Below are positions 27,071 through 39,150 of a DNA stretch of 64,000 nucleotides, piece after piece. The notes below the pieces were generated by a model. The model saw nothing but the letters and a program-made list of their open reading frames with translations, did no database searches and was not told where the DNA came from. This DNA comes from Torpedo marmorata. Lineage: Eukaryota. The stretch spans positions 101,742,001 to 101,806,000 of the forward strand of contig OZ360227.1 in assembly GCA_977017645.1 (NCBI GenBank). The letters run 5' to 3'. Numbering within the stretch: the stretch's first letter is position 1; every line of letters begins with the position of its first letter. The position numbers and the translations under genes were made by a program.

Positions 27071-30000
27071 GGCTGATCTTGCTTCATACTCATTGCCCTC
27101 CTTTCCCGATCTTAATTTTTTTCAAAATAAAATAAAATAACCGACACTGTGAAAAAGAGGATTGTTACTTCTCGGCAATACTACAACTAATGCTGTTTAG
27201 ATGATATTTACATGGGATAATATTGATGACATAAAATATATTATATTATTTGAAGTATCAGTTCTTTACAAGTATTGAATACATGAAGGTTCTTTGAGGA
27301 TTTTTAAAGTTAAAATTAAGTATTGGAGAATATGTGAAATTTGCCATTTCCATTTGCAAATGGGATTATGTTGTTGTCACGCGTTATCATAAATGGACAG
27401 AGTGCTGACTGATTTTTGTATTTTCATGAATTCTGATGAAGAATCTCGGTAACAACCTTTTTAGCGTCAAATGTGTTGGTCGTGATAACATAGACCTGTT
27501 CTATCTACAAAACCACCACGAAATACATTTTAAAGATCACATATTCTCTTTTTTCTACTTAATTCTTAAAGAAATCACTCTTAAATTGATACTTTATTTT
27601 TAAAAAATCGAGTGGAAGTGACTTGAATCGAAGTCTTTTTTTTCTCTCAGCACTGTAATTTTTGTATTATGCTATTGTGCTACAGAACAACATGTTTCCA
27701 TACGAGGGCTGAGTTTATAGTTTGAATTGAGAAAGCTAAGTTATTCTAAATTGTCAACTTCCTGAGCGTAGTATAACCGTGCTAGAACTTTCAATTATAT
27801 ATGTCAAGCAGACAAAAACATGATTTCGGAATCACCGGCTTTCTCAATGGGCTACGTTTTAGCAAAAATCTGAACATATCGAACTTTTAGTTGAACATTT
27901 TAGCATAATTCGAGTGCCTGGTTCGTTTAACCCAATTGTTATCTCAGACTTTAGGGCAGTAGCAATAAAAAATAAAAAATACTAAATAACTCAGCTATGT
28001 GGAATAGAACACCTTTAGATTACGGCAATCTATAAACAATAAATGTGATGTAAAAGTCTATCTAATTGTCTACCACAGTTTATTTACACCACTATTTACT
28101 TATGAGGTTAATGCAATATATGTTTTATATGTTAAACCAAGCCATAGACTCTTTAGAGATTATTTGTACGAGCAATGGATGTTATATTCATTTTCTGATT
28201 TACGAAAAGGAAGAAATGTGCAAATATTTAAATAAAATTTATAGATCGGATGTAGCTACAAAAAATAGGACCAGCAACATTCAACAAATGTTAAACGGAT
28301 AATGGAAAGAGATCAGACTCTGTGACCTAGTTTTCAGCAATGAATATTGTGGTGCACTGAAGGGGCTCATCTAACTATTTAAGAGAATAGGTTGACCTGC
28401 TTTCGCGAAGCGAGTCTGTGCACTAGCAAATTTGTTGTCTATGTTGCCTCTCAGAGAAACATGACACGGTTTCAACAATGATTGAAAATGTCAAGCAATT
28501 CAATTCCACGCAAGAGGAAAAATAGGATTGTGATCATATTTTTAAAAGTCGTTTTGAATCTTGGCGATTTGTTTTTGAGAAGGCAAGGGGCAAGAATAAA
28601 AAAATAAAAGAAGTTATTTCACAGGAACAAACCACAAGTGGAACCCATGATTTTGAACTGAATCACATGCATTAATTTCTGTGAACCATTTGATTTACTT
28701 CCTTCATTTGAAAAATATACTTTTCCTGCACTGGCGGTAAACGAATATTTAGATAAAACAATTCTAATTGCAATTTAATAATCTGAAAGAACTATCAACC
28801 GAGTTCAAATCTTATCCTTTACGCCCTAGAATCATTTAAAAATGCAGCGCGTTTATTTGATAGCTTATGAATTGTATCCCACATCAGAGAGAGAAAAAAA
28901 TACAAAATTAGTAACTCCTACTTTCACAGTGGAGGATTTGCTAACATTAGTTTTCGGGTAGCTGTTGTTATTTAGAAAATGCATGATTGAATTAAAAAAA
29001 AAAGTCGCCCTCTCAAGTTGCTCGCATCTCTGGTATGCAGACAAAGGGGTTCTTTCCGGAAGTAGACGAAGGCCAAGGTCAAGGTGGAGAGGGGGTGGGT
29101 GGGTTGAGGAGGAAATAAAATAGAGAGAGGGAGAAAGACGGTAAATAGCGGTTTTAAAGCAATTCAACGGTTCAGTGGGAATTACGTGAGAATTCGAAAA
29201 AAAATGACGTTAATAGTAATTAATAATAGATTCAAAAATATGGCATTTCTAATATGTTAATATATTATTTAAATATTATAAAATGTGGCTCTAATTTTTC
29301 TTACAGGGATGTATTAGTTTGCTTATTCAATTCGCTTTAAAAGCAGAACGCCATTTTCATTAGCAAGTTGAGTTAAATTCAAACAGGATTATACTGGAAG
29401 GCCCATTGTTAATTTATCAGGCAATTAGCAATGAGCAATAAATGTGGCTTCAGGGAATGGACTGCCTCTAGAACAAATCAAACATGCAGAATCCGATGAT
29501 GCCAATATAAATATAAATAAATCGCATTTTATTTTGGTATATTAGCAGTATTCCCATGTAATATATTGAAATTACTTAGCAAGCAAATGTAACGTTTTAA
29601 ATTACTTACATACACATTAAAGACATTATTTGAATGTTATTTTTATCCACAATTATACTATTTTATTGTTCCACATTCTTGTGGAATGTTCGACATTTAA
29701 ATTTTGTGGGAAATCGTAGTTGGGATATTTTCTTTCGAACATAAAAAATCATTTACTCGATATAGTTTCAGTGCTATTATTCGATGTGGTTTCCTCTGGT
29801 ACTTTTAAATTTTGGTTTTGGGGCTACCAGAAGTAGCATATAATAGTTATGGTTTAAAATTGTTCCCGAATATTATTCTGAATGTCAAGACCCCATCCAT
29901 CGATTCATAACCCTAATAATGTGGTTCACAATTATACCTGTTAAAAGATATATGTGGACAACGTCCACTATCTAGTGTCAAGAAGTTTAATTTGACAACC

Positions 30001-30433
30001 TGTTCTATTTTATTTAGTTATATTAAGAAAGATGTTACAAGTTTGGCCAATCTTGAATGATTTGAACTTGACCTTGCTACCTAACGGGCCATTCAATTCA
30101 TGCAAAGCAATTTCATGCAATTTAAAACGTAGGCATAACAAAATAGATATTAAAATACAAACGTATTATTTAGACAACAATAACAGATACAATGTGTTAC
30201 AAACAATAATCAATTGATCAAAGATATATCCAGGTTTTCATAACTGAATCCCACTCTGTAACAAGCTATATGAGTCATGTTTGAATACATGACTTCATGT
30301 TGACCATATATAGTTTTGCGATGACCGCTATTAATAGCGGAATAAAACCAGATTACTCACCAGAAAATATATGTTATTTTGCCAATACAAAACGAAAGAT
30401 TGATTATCAAGACCTGGCTAATCAGTATACAAA

Positions 30434-31175
30434 ACACAAATGCTAGAGAAACTCAGCAGGTCAAACAGTGTCTTTTATGTAGCAAAGGTAGAAATACATA
30501 ACCGACGTTTCGGGCTTGAGCCCTTCATCAAAGTATGAGAAAATGCCGGCAGGCGTCCGAACAAAAGAGTGAGGGGGTAAGGGGGGTGGCAAAGGCAGGA
30601 GATAATAGGTGGAGAAAGGAGGGAGGGGACAGCAGCAAAGAGGGGAAGGAGGGATGGCTAGGTGGGTGGAAAAAATAGGAAGGACAGGTGAGGGGGGAGG
30701 GGAAGGGAACGACAAGCAGGTTTAGTGGAAAGCAGAAAAGTCAATGTTAATGCCATCTGGCTGGAGAGTGCCGTTTCCGTCTAGGTACTCTCCAGCCAGA
30801 TGGCATTAACATTGACTTTTCTGCTTTCCACTAAACCTGCTTGTCGTTCCCTTCCCCTCCCCCCTCACCTGTCCTTCCTGTTTTTTTCCACTCACCCAGC
30901 CATCCCTCCTCCCCCTATTTGCTGCTGTCCCCTCCCTCCTTTCTCCACCTATCATCTCCTGCCTTTGCCAACCCCCCCCCTTCACCCCCCCCTCACTCTT
31001 TTGTTCGGACGCCTGCCGGCATTTTCTCATACTTTGATGAAGGGCTCAAGCCTGAAACGTCGGTTATGTATTTCTACCTTTGCTACATAAAAGACACTGT
31101 TTGACCTGCTGAGTTTCTCCAGCATTTGTGTTTTTTTACTTCAACCACGGTGTCCACAGATTCTCGTGTTTTACT
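30434..31175. mobile_element. Penelope-like element insertion: inverted copy (30434-30773, -) plus direct copy (30774-31175, +), flanked by a 15-bp TSD
   Basis: The arms are reverse complements, and both match the 3' part of the GIY-YIG-coding element at 61919-62235. TAATCAGTATACAAA occurs at 30419-30433 and 31176-31190. Confidence 0.9.
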
Positions 31176-34114
31176 TAATCAGTATACAAATTGTGTTGCA
31201 CAGTATATGTAATTGAAAATAAATTCCAAACAATCGCTGATATTAAATCGATTTTATTTGCAACATCTCTGAATTGCATCGATAATAAACTGCACTCATA
31301 ATTAATTTAGAACCAAAATAGATGTGATCCACCAACAATGACCAATATAACGAAATATATATTTAATCTAACGTAATTACCAACTAGTTAAACACTTAAA
31401 ACGAACGCCTCCTGCTTCAACTTGGAAACGTGTGTTCCAGTTAGCACCGCTGAAGTAATTTCCTGCATTGCAAGCCAGTACATTATTCCTTCTGCCCCAG
31501 GTATCTCAAATATTTCAAAGATAAGTGTCAGTGTATCTATAGAGAATTTTTGTAATTGTTATAAAGGCAATGTATTTAATCAAAGAAAGCCACTGTAAAA
31601 CATTATTTAAAAAGTATACCCCTTCTTCGCACAACAAACACATTCAAAACGCCATACTGCTGTTGTGAGGACCTACCATGCTAAAACCCTGCCAACAGAA
31701 TCAACTGCATCTTTAAAACAGGTAGATGCCTGTTTCCAATTCAACATTCCCAATTTAAGTTCAAAATCATGTATCAGAACAGAGGATTCTTTAAGGATCA
31801 ATTATTCTATGTGGAAATGAATTTACTGGTCAAATCCAACAACAAAATAATTTTATTTGACAGATATAAAACTTGCCAATAAGCAGAAAGTAATGTCCCG
31901 CGAAAAGGTGTGGAAGTTGAATACATGTAAAATGCAAAATATTTGTTTGTAGTACCAAATTAGAGTGGCATGCCATGCAATATACTTCAAATGAATTTCA
32001 GAATTACGAAATAAAAGATGCTTTGATCTGTATAGTACATAAACATTTTCAAATGAGTATCATTCAGATATGATGTAGTGAATAAATAAATGGTAGTTTA
32101 GTGTTTCAAATGAAATACCATGAACATTGAAATTGTTATTAATAATATTCTGTTTGAATAACCATTCCAATATTCAACTGTTTAATAATATCTTATATTG
32201 CATTCACAAAAGCTTTAATTATTGGAAATTCGAGTTCACCATGACCAGCAGTGTTCATGAATAAAGCATGATGCACATACCTATTTACTTTTGCACAATA
32301 CTTTGGCCTTTACTTTTGTGCAACAGGAGCTATGAACAAATGCAGCCTTCAGTGGAACACCCACACGGCATGATTCATTGAATCAGAGGGTGCAGACTAA
32401 ATTCAGTATTAATTTTTACACAACCAATGTTTACATTTGTATTTCTATTTATAAATGATGGAAATGTGTAAGTTACTAAAATATAATTATCATAAAAGCT
32501 GCGATATATGTAGAGCTGGCATTCTGGTTTAATTTCAAGGTGGCAAACATGATAGTCAATTTCTAACATTAAAGCCAACTTAAAGATCTGAACATGAAAA
32601 GGTTGAGAGGAATGGAAACACAGGTAGAGTTGTTAATGCATATTTTTCGATATCTGTAGGAATTGCCCTACAGCAATTGTCTATTTAGTGCATTGACTCT
32701 GTTCCAAATGTTCTTGAGGAAAGTAGAACTTGACGTTTTCCATATCAACTAGTCTGATATTAAAGGATAAAAAAAGACAGGAGCATTTCTATAAAAAAAT
32801 CCACTACACTATTCCAAGTAAACTGAAAGTTTTTCTGCTATGTTACCATCTTCTATCACTTAGTAAGACGACCATGTCAAGATGATCTGAATATTAACTT
32901 GACAATACAGCTCAACATTACATTATGCCGTTCTTGAATTATTTGCTCGACACAAAAGATGATTTCAAAATAGAATTCATTCTGTGAATGGTTTTGTTAA
33001 GAGTGGTATAATAAGCACAATGCCTTTAAGCAAATGAATATTTGTCCTTCTGTTATACATCTGAAAACGATATACTGTAATCGGACAATCGTTCGAATGA
33101 TTCTCAGTACAACTAGCCAATGAATAACATGTTTCTCTTTGATTATTATGATTTACCATAATTTATAAACCATTTATCTGGATATGCATATCAAATTTTG
33201 CGATGTGGTGTTTTAAATTAAATCCAAACTTCTGTTATCTTATGCATTGGACTATTTAGATATGAGCACGATCGCCGAACATAGGCTTGATTCCTACATC
33301 TTGTTTGATATTCCAGCGCAGTGCCGAGTTTGTGCCGCACTATCAGAAGTAGGGTCTTTGAAATGAGACGATGAACTGAAATCACATTAGTTCTCGCAAA
33401 TGGACACATAACATCCAATGGCATCATTTCAAAGAAAAGTTGTTGCCAGAGTACTTTTGGATATTTTGAGTATCCCGAAGATCTCCGCCGGAAAATGATA
33501 GAACGATGGCTTGGTTCTTCTGGAGAAATTGGGAACTGGGAAACTATGCCTTTTTTGCCTATCGTACATTTTTAGTTGTGATGTAAACGACGAACCATCG
33601 ACAGAACCGAGAATTATGTTTTGAAAGTCAAAACACGTCTTACATAAGTAAAACATGTGTAAAACAAACTGCAGGGGCAAAAATGAAATGATCATTCTGG
33701 AGCAAACGTCGTTTCTTTATTAGTTTTAATAATTCCGTTGCAGAACCATCAAATTTTGGAGAGAAATACTACAGCGACAACAAAAATGTAACATTTCACA
33801 GAGCAGATAACATAACAAATCCGCAAGTTGTATTTAAGTAAACTGTTTTCACTTGTTAATTAATTATATTTGCAGTGGAATCATACTTTATTTCCATTAT
33901 AATCAAATTTAGCTTTGCAAGTGAAAGTCCAGAAGCTAACTCACTGTAAGTGAAATAATACTGAGCACAATGTTAACCCATGAACTAAACTTCCACTCTA
34001 ACACAAATGGAAAGTACACTTTCGTTCAGGAATGACTTAATTACTAAAACTAAAAACAAAGGGAATCGCAAATTCTCAAGAATGAAATCACCATGAAATA
34101 ACATTTGAAATTGA

Positions 34115-34123
34115 ATAGATGGG

Positions 34124-34171
<48 letters not shown>

Positions 34172-34203
34172 CATATGGATAGATAGATGGACAGACAGAC
34201 ATA
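34115..34203. repeat. (GATA)n / (GACA)n imperfect microsatellite
   Basis: Directly visible, ~600 bp 3' of the HoxD14 stop. Confidence 0.95.
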
Positions 34204-34785
34204 CATATTGTGATGTGTTTTAGAAAGTAGAGGTAAAATTGTTTTTACTGTATACCACTGCAATGTAGCGCCTTCACAAAGTTGCCGATTTTATTAAAAT
34301 ACATATTATTATTTCGTACAATGCAGTGTTTCAAATCATTTTAAATTTGAAAATAAAATATAAAATTTGCAAACATTCACCTGCAAACCCTCCACAATCC
34401 TTACCAACATAATAATTTGAGCATTTAAGTTCACCTTCAGAGAATCATTACCGCATTCTAATAATCATACACACGTTAAACGTATTGGATTTACAGATAA
34501 TAATTATATTAACAAATCAAACTGAATATCTCCTTCAAGAATTAAATTCGTGGTGTAAATATTCGTTGTTTCCCATCTTTAGCAACATCAAGTACGCAAT
34601 GCAAAAAAAAAGTGGTCAATAAAAACTTTTCCACACAGGTACTTGTTTGAAAAAATATGAAAATGAACTTGCTCGTTGAATGCAGGTATGTCTGAAGAGG
34701 AGTGATTGGCCATTACATGCTGGAAAATATTTTTGTAACAGTCAAAGCCATGCTTCCTTTACACAAAGCTGTTCCTTTGTTACAG

Positions 34786-34869
34786 TCAAGGGCAGCTTGA
34801 GTGTATCGGTTGCTGCATGCGAATAAGTTTTTTCTCTTTCTGTCGCTGGTTTTGGAACCATATTTTTAC
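34786..34869 (-). CDS. HOXD14: HoxD14 exon 3 (helix 3 and C-terminus); spliced protein 261 aa
   Basis: Acceptor ttttcag|; hand translation VKIWFQNQRQKEKKLIRMQQPIHSSCP*. WFQNQR and the split homeobox are characteristic of vertebrate Hox14. Confidence 0.93.
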   Translation of the reverse strand, partial: VKIWFQNQRQKEKKLIRMQQPIHSSCP

Positions 34870-35032
34870 CTGAAAAGTAGAAGGTCATTTTAAAAACAGA
34901 AGAAGACAAATAGGAATAGTCTCGGTTTAATGTACAATGGGAACAAATGCGGCCACCTGTTGACAATTAAGAAAGACAGCATCTGCGGACTGGTATTTCC
35001 CTTATTCATCTTGTAAAAAAAAGTTGTCTTAC

Positions 35033-35208
35033 CTGCCTTTCTGATAAGGCTAATTTGAAAGAAATACCTAATCGTATTTCAGGAGTGAGGAATCGGTTTT
35101 TTTCAAAAGCTTTTTCCAATTCAGCAATTTGATGCTTGCTGTAAGGGATTCGTTTTTTCCTTCTTCTGGTTTCTGGATTTGGCGACGTTGACCATTGCGA
35201 CTTAAATC
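35033..35208 (-). CDS. HOXD14: HoxD14 exon 2 (5' part of homeobox)
   Basis: Acceptor ctttag|; encodes GFKSQWSTSPNPETRRRKKRIPYSKHQIAELEKAFEKNRFLTPEIRLGISFKLALSERQ. Donor CAG|GTAAGA at 35032, phase 0, between homeodomain codons 44 and 45. Confidence 0.93.
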
Positions 35209-35956
35209 CTAAAGCCGGGGCAAAATACATATCCATAAGAAAGTTTAACATGAATCTAAAGCAATAACATTAACCTATAATTTATTTTTGTACATGCAAG
35301 TCACTGTTAACCGAACCACAATGTGGAATTTTAATTTAAGTTAGCATTTTACCACCACGACACTGATATAGCCTGCATACGGAAATTAGTTTCAATTTAA
35401 TGTATTCGTTCTCTCCTTCATCTTTAAAAAGTAATTTTGTACCCAATTTTAAGCATGCGGAATAAATTTGAATATACCATCCATTTTCAGATTTGGATTC
35501 CAACGTGTTTGAAAGGGTGGTGACGAGCATTTGATTTTCGACTTATCTCCCAATGTTAAAGTACTTTGACTACAAACAGTAAAATTCGATTTGATCTTTG
35601 AAATATTTCTTGAAAAACAGATAGGAAACAATTGAGTGAAAACGAACCAACGTTGATGGATCACTTTCCTTGGGTAAATTGGTCGAATGGACGTCATAAG
35701 TGTTTTAGGTTTTCTTTAGAGAAAACATATTTCCTAAAGTGTGGTGGCTTTAGTTTTCTAAAAATTAATATAAAATTAAATGCTCTGCAGCCGCAGTTAA
35801 GTTAAAGTAAACACAGCCAGAGCAGATTGTCGGGTGGTGTTATAACACAAGAAAATACCAGTCTTATCTTTTTAAAAACACATATTGAAAACGATGGCAT
35901 TATTGTTCAAACACGTTAGCCATCACTAAATGTCAGATATGCACTCACAGACTGAC

Positions 35957-36482
35957 CTAAATGCATTGGGCCGTTGGGACTTGTATGAAGTGCTGCTCCT
36001 GAAATGGCCGCTCCGTAACATTGGGAATAGTTGAAGGCAGACGTGTCCAGGTCATCGGGATATGGCTGGACCTGAGCAGGTGCAGCCAGGGTACATTCTA
36101 ATGGCCAATTCTGATACGTTGATGTGCTTGTTGGGGTTTCGCCTCTAATGCAGAGATTGTGGCGGTAGTTACTAAACAAAGGTATATGACTGTCAATTTG
36201 AAGCTGGTTGGCAGTGAATTGACCCGCCTCAGGTGAGATTGCAACTATCTCCCGATTTCCGTTTCCCTGCGAATTACAAGTTGAAATATCTTCTGAATAC
36301 AATCCGTGGTATCTTCCACTTGGAGTTGGTTTCAAAGCAGAAGGAAAAATTGAAGGCGAAAATCCAATGTTCTCCGAAAGTACTGGTTTCATATCAATTG
36401 GACGTATTCCATCTTGCAGCATTACTGTCTTATCGCTAGATGTCTCTAACGTCAGTTTGTACTGCAGCGAAGTTAAATCCAT
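35957..36482 (-). CDS. HOXD14: HoxD14 exon 1
   Basis: Long ATG-initiated ORF (MDLTSLQYKL...) just upstream of the Hox14 homeobox exons. Donor TTAG|GTCAGT at 35956 gives 526 nt, phase 1, matching exon 2. The nearby GTGAGT donor would be out of phase. Confidence 0.82.
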
Positions 36483-38628
36483 CTTACAATTTTACTAAAC
36501 GATCGTCTTAACTCCAAACCTTGCAGCTTTAGTCTCTCAAATACCTTTTGTTGCTACTTGAAAGCGAAATGTTTTGTTCAAAATATTGAGAACTGGTGCG
36601 GGCAATGTGCAAGTAGTTTAACTTCCACCTCCCAGAAATGGCACTAACTATCTACACCTTGGTCTAAACTACCTGATCTTTTTATTGCTGTAACTCTACT
36701 GCAGTTCGCAAATAAAACACAGTGTGGACTCTTTGCAAATTGAACTTAGTGAACAAACTTCAAGGACATGAACTGCATTTCAGAATGACACATCTGTACT
36801 GTAGCTGTTGACCCAAGGTCAATGATGAGTTTTGTGATCATTTGTATCAGCCTCCTCTTTCTGATTTTCTTTATCAGACTTGTCCCCGCTGAACTTAAAT
36901 GGCAATGCTCGGTTGCTAGTTACCTGGATCTGGAAAGACCTCTTTATTTTTTCACATCGAACGCCAGAGTGGAGCAGTAACGTAGTAGAACTGTGACTGT
37001 AATCTGAAATAAAACCTTTTCATTACAATGCAGCATGCGTCAGACAGAAAAAGCATTTAAGAAGCTTTTATTGCCTGCTATAACCCTTAAAACTCCAGAA
37101 TTACACCTCGCGTACCAGTATGAGATGAAATAATAGCAAATATTTAGTCTATTATTGTAAACCTTTTTGAGGACGCTGAAATGAACTACTGCGGCACACG
37201 GAAGTGTGATCGATCTGTTTCTCCGGTTTTTATTAGTTGTATGACCTTTCTATCCGATTAAAACTTTCCATTGACATCATTTTAAAGGTAGTTACAACAT
37301 AAAGGATACAAACGAGAATCAGAACACGGAACAGTGGCTTTTCAATATGAAACCCATTTCCAATACACTTGCCGGTTTCTTTCTGTTGTATTTAACACTA
37401 TCTTGTCAGTTTAATTAATTAGTATTATGTCAATAAAAATAACATTATTCTACAGTCGGCAAAAGGTCGCTAATTAATAACCAGATAATTATAATGAGAT
37501 TATGCTTTCACGATTCAGAGTTTTAGGTTATAGGATAGATTTGCAAATCTGAATTTCTGTCCTTATTTTTCATTAACCACTTGATCTCGACAATTACAAA
37601 TCTTCCATGATATCCAGTGTTTAACAATGGCATTGGGCAATCAACTGTTAGCCCACAAAATAACACAAAACTCTGAGGTCAGTTCATTACAAAGTTAATG
37701 CAAATCAATATATGCATTTATCCTTTGTATCAACACTTCTGAACTGACTCGATATGAAATAATTGATCTATACGAAAGTTAACTCATGCGGACAACAAGG
37801 CGAGTTCTACCTTTTAACTTGTCAGCTTATTTCTCGATGCCTCCGAATCTCAGGAAAAGTAACTCTCGGGCTGCCATGGAGCAATATGGCTGTTGTAATA
37901 AATTAAAACAGACGAGGGCGCCAGAGGACAGATATTTTGGCTGAGTGCAGTTAATCTCGATTCTATTCATTTTTATTTATCTAACACCGTAAGTTAAAAA
38001 TACTGCAAAGCTTCAGAATTAATTAGACACAATATTCATTCGTTTTGAATCGTGGGCCACTGATCACAATATTGAATATTAAGCTTGAATAACATTGTTA
38101 TCAATGTCTCAGAAACACCATTGTATGCAGGAATAATGTATTTTGTTCATCGATAAGCTTTTTAAGCGAGCTATGTCAGGATCCGAAATTTTAATACGAT
38201 TACTAACTATAACACAATGCTAACTTGTAGTACAAACAATTCATATGATGACAAAAAGGTGTATTGCTGTCGACCTAATGTCATTTCGTACTTCAGTAAT
38301 TTATCATGATTTGAATGAATATTGTAACTTATGTTTTATTGTTAAACAACAACATTAAAATGCCTTTGTACTATACAGAAGTCGCTGCTGTTGCACGAGA
38401 TCCATGGGAAGAAAACACCATTTTCATCGTGCAACTTTTAAAACTGCCTTTTAAAGCATTTCTTACCCACAAATAACGTTAATGGCTTTGGCTTCCCATA
38501 TACTGTAGAATATTATTGCCTTGTTTCTATTACCGTTGTTTTGGACATTTATTGTCTATTATGTTTTGTTTGAACGCAGAAATTAGAGTAAATACTGAGT
38601 ACAAAAATACGAATATGATAATTTATTG

Positions 38629-38801
38629 NNNNNNNNNNNNNNNNNNNNNNNNNNNNNNNNNNNNNNNNNNNNNNNNNNNNNNNNNNNNNNNNNNNNNNNN
38701 NNNNNNNNNNNNNNNNNNNNNNNNNNNNNNNNNNNNNNNNNNNNNNNNNNNNNNNNNNNNNNNNNNNNNNNNNNNNNNNNNNNNNNNNNNNNNNNNNNNN
38801 N
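38629..38801. other. Assembly gap
   Basis: Run of N. Confidence 0.99.
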
Positions 38802-39084
38802 CTGTTTCCATTCCATGGCATAGAGGACAGTACTAATTAAGCCATTTAGCAGCGATGATATAGGCTCCGTCTATGCATTATTTAATATTAATTATGCATC
38901 TTGAAAGCGTTTGCTGCATTGTCATTTCCCATAATGGGAATTTGGTATTAGCTATTCTATGATATGAACAGGAAATATCAGTTAAGTTTTAACCAGCATT
39001 TCACGCTAGTATTTCGCAACTTAGCGGATAAGTTTCGCTTTTCACGGTAAACATTGATTTTAAAAACCAGAGTAACTACGGTAA

Positions 39085-39150
39085 TGATAACAACAACAAA
39101 TTCATCATCATTATCATCATCGCTATCAGCGTCATCATTACTACCACTAT
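39085..39150. repeat. Degenerate trinucleotide low-complexity tract (ACA/TCA)
   Basis: aacaacaacaaattcatcatcattatcatcatcg... Confidence 0.7.

Noticed and set aside
10308-29020. Weaker CTCF-like matches at about 10308, 15505, 17362 and 29004
   Set aside because: Each has several mismatches to the core; plausible in a Hox cluster but not supportable without PWM scores or ChIP.
30461-31104. Paired Pro-rich ORFs on both strands (also 61855-62190)
   Set aside because: Read-through of the low-complexity PLE terminal repeat; duplicated only because of the palindrome.
38516-38836. X-rich ORFs (also near 6.1, 46.6 and 47.3 kb)
   Set aside because: Artefacts of N gaps.
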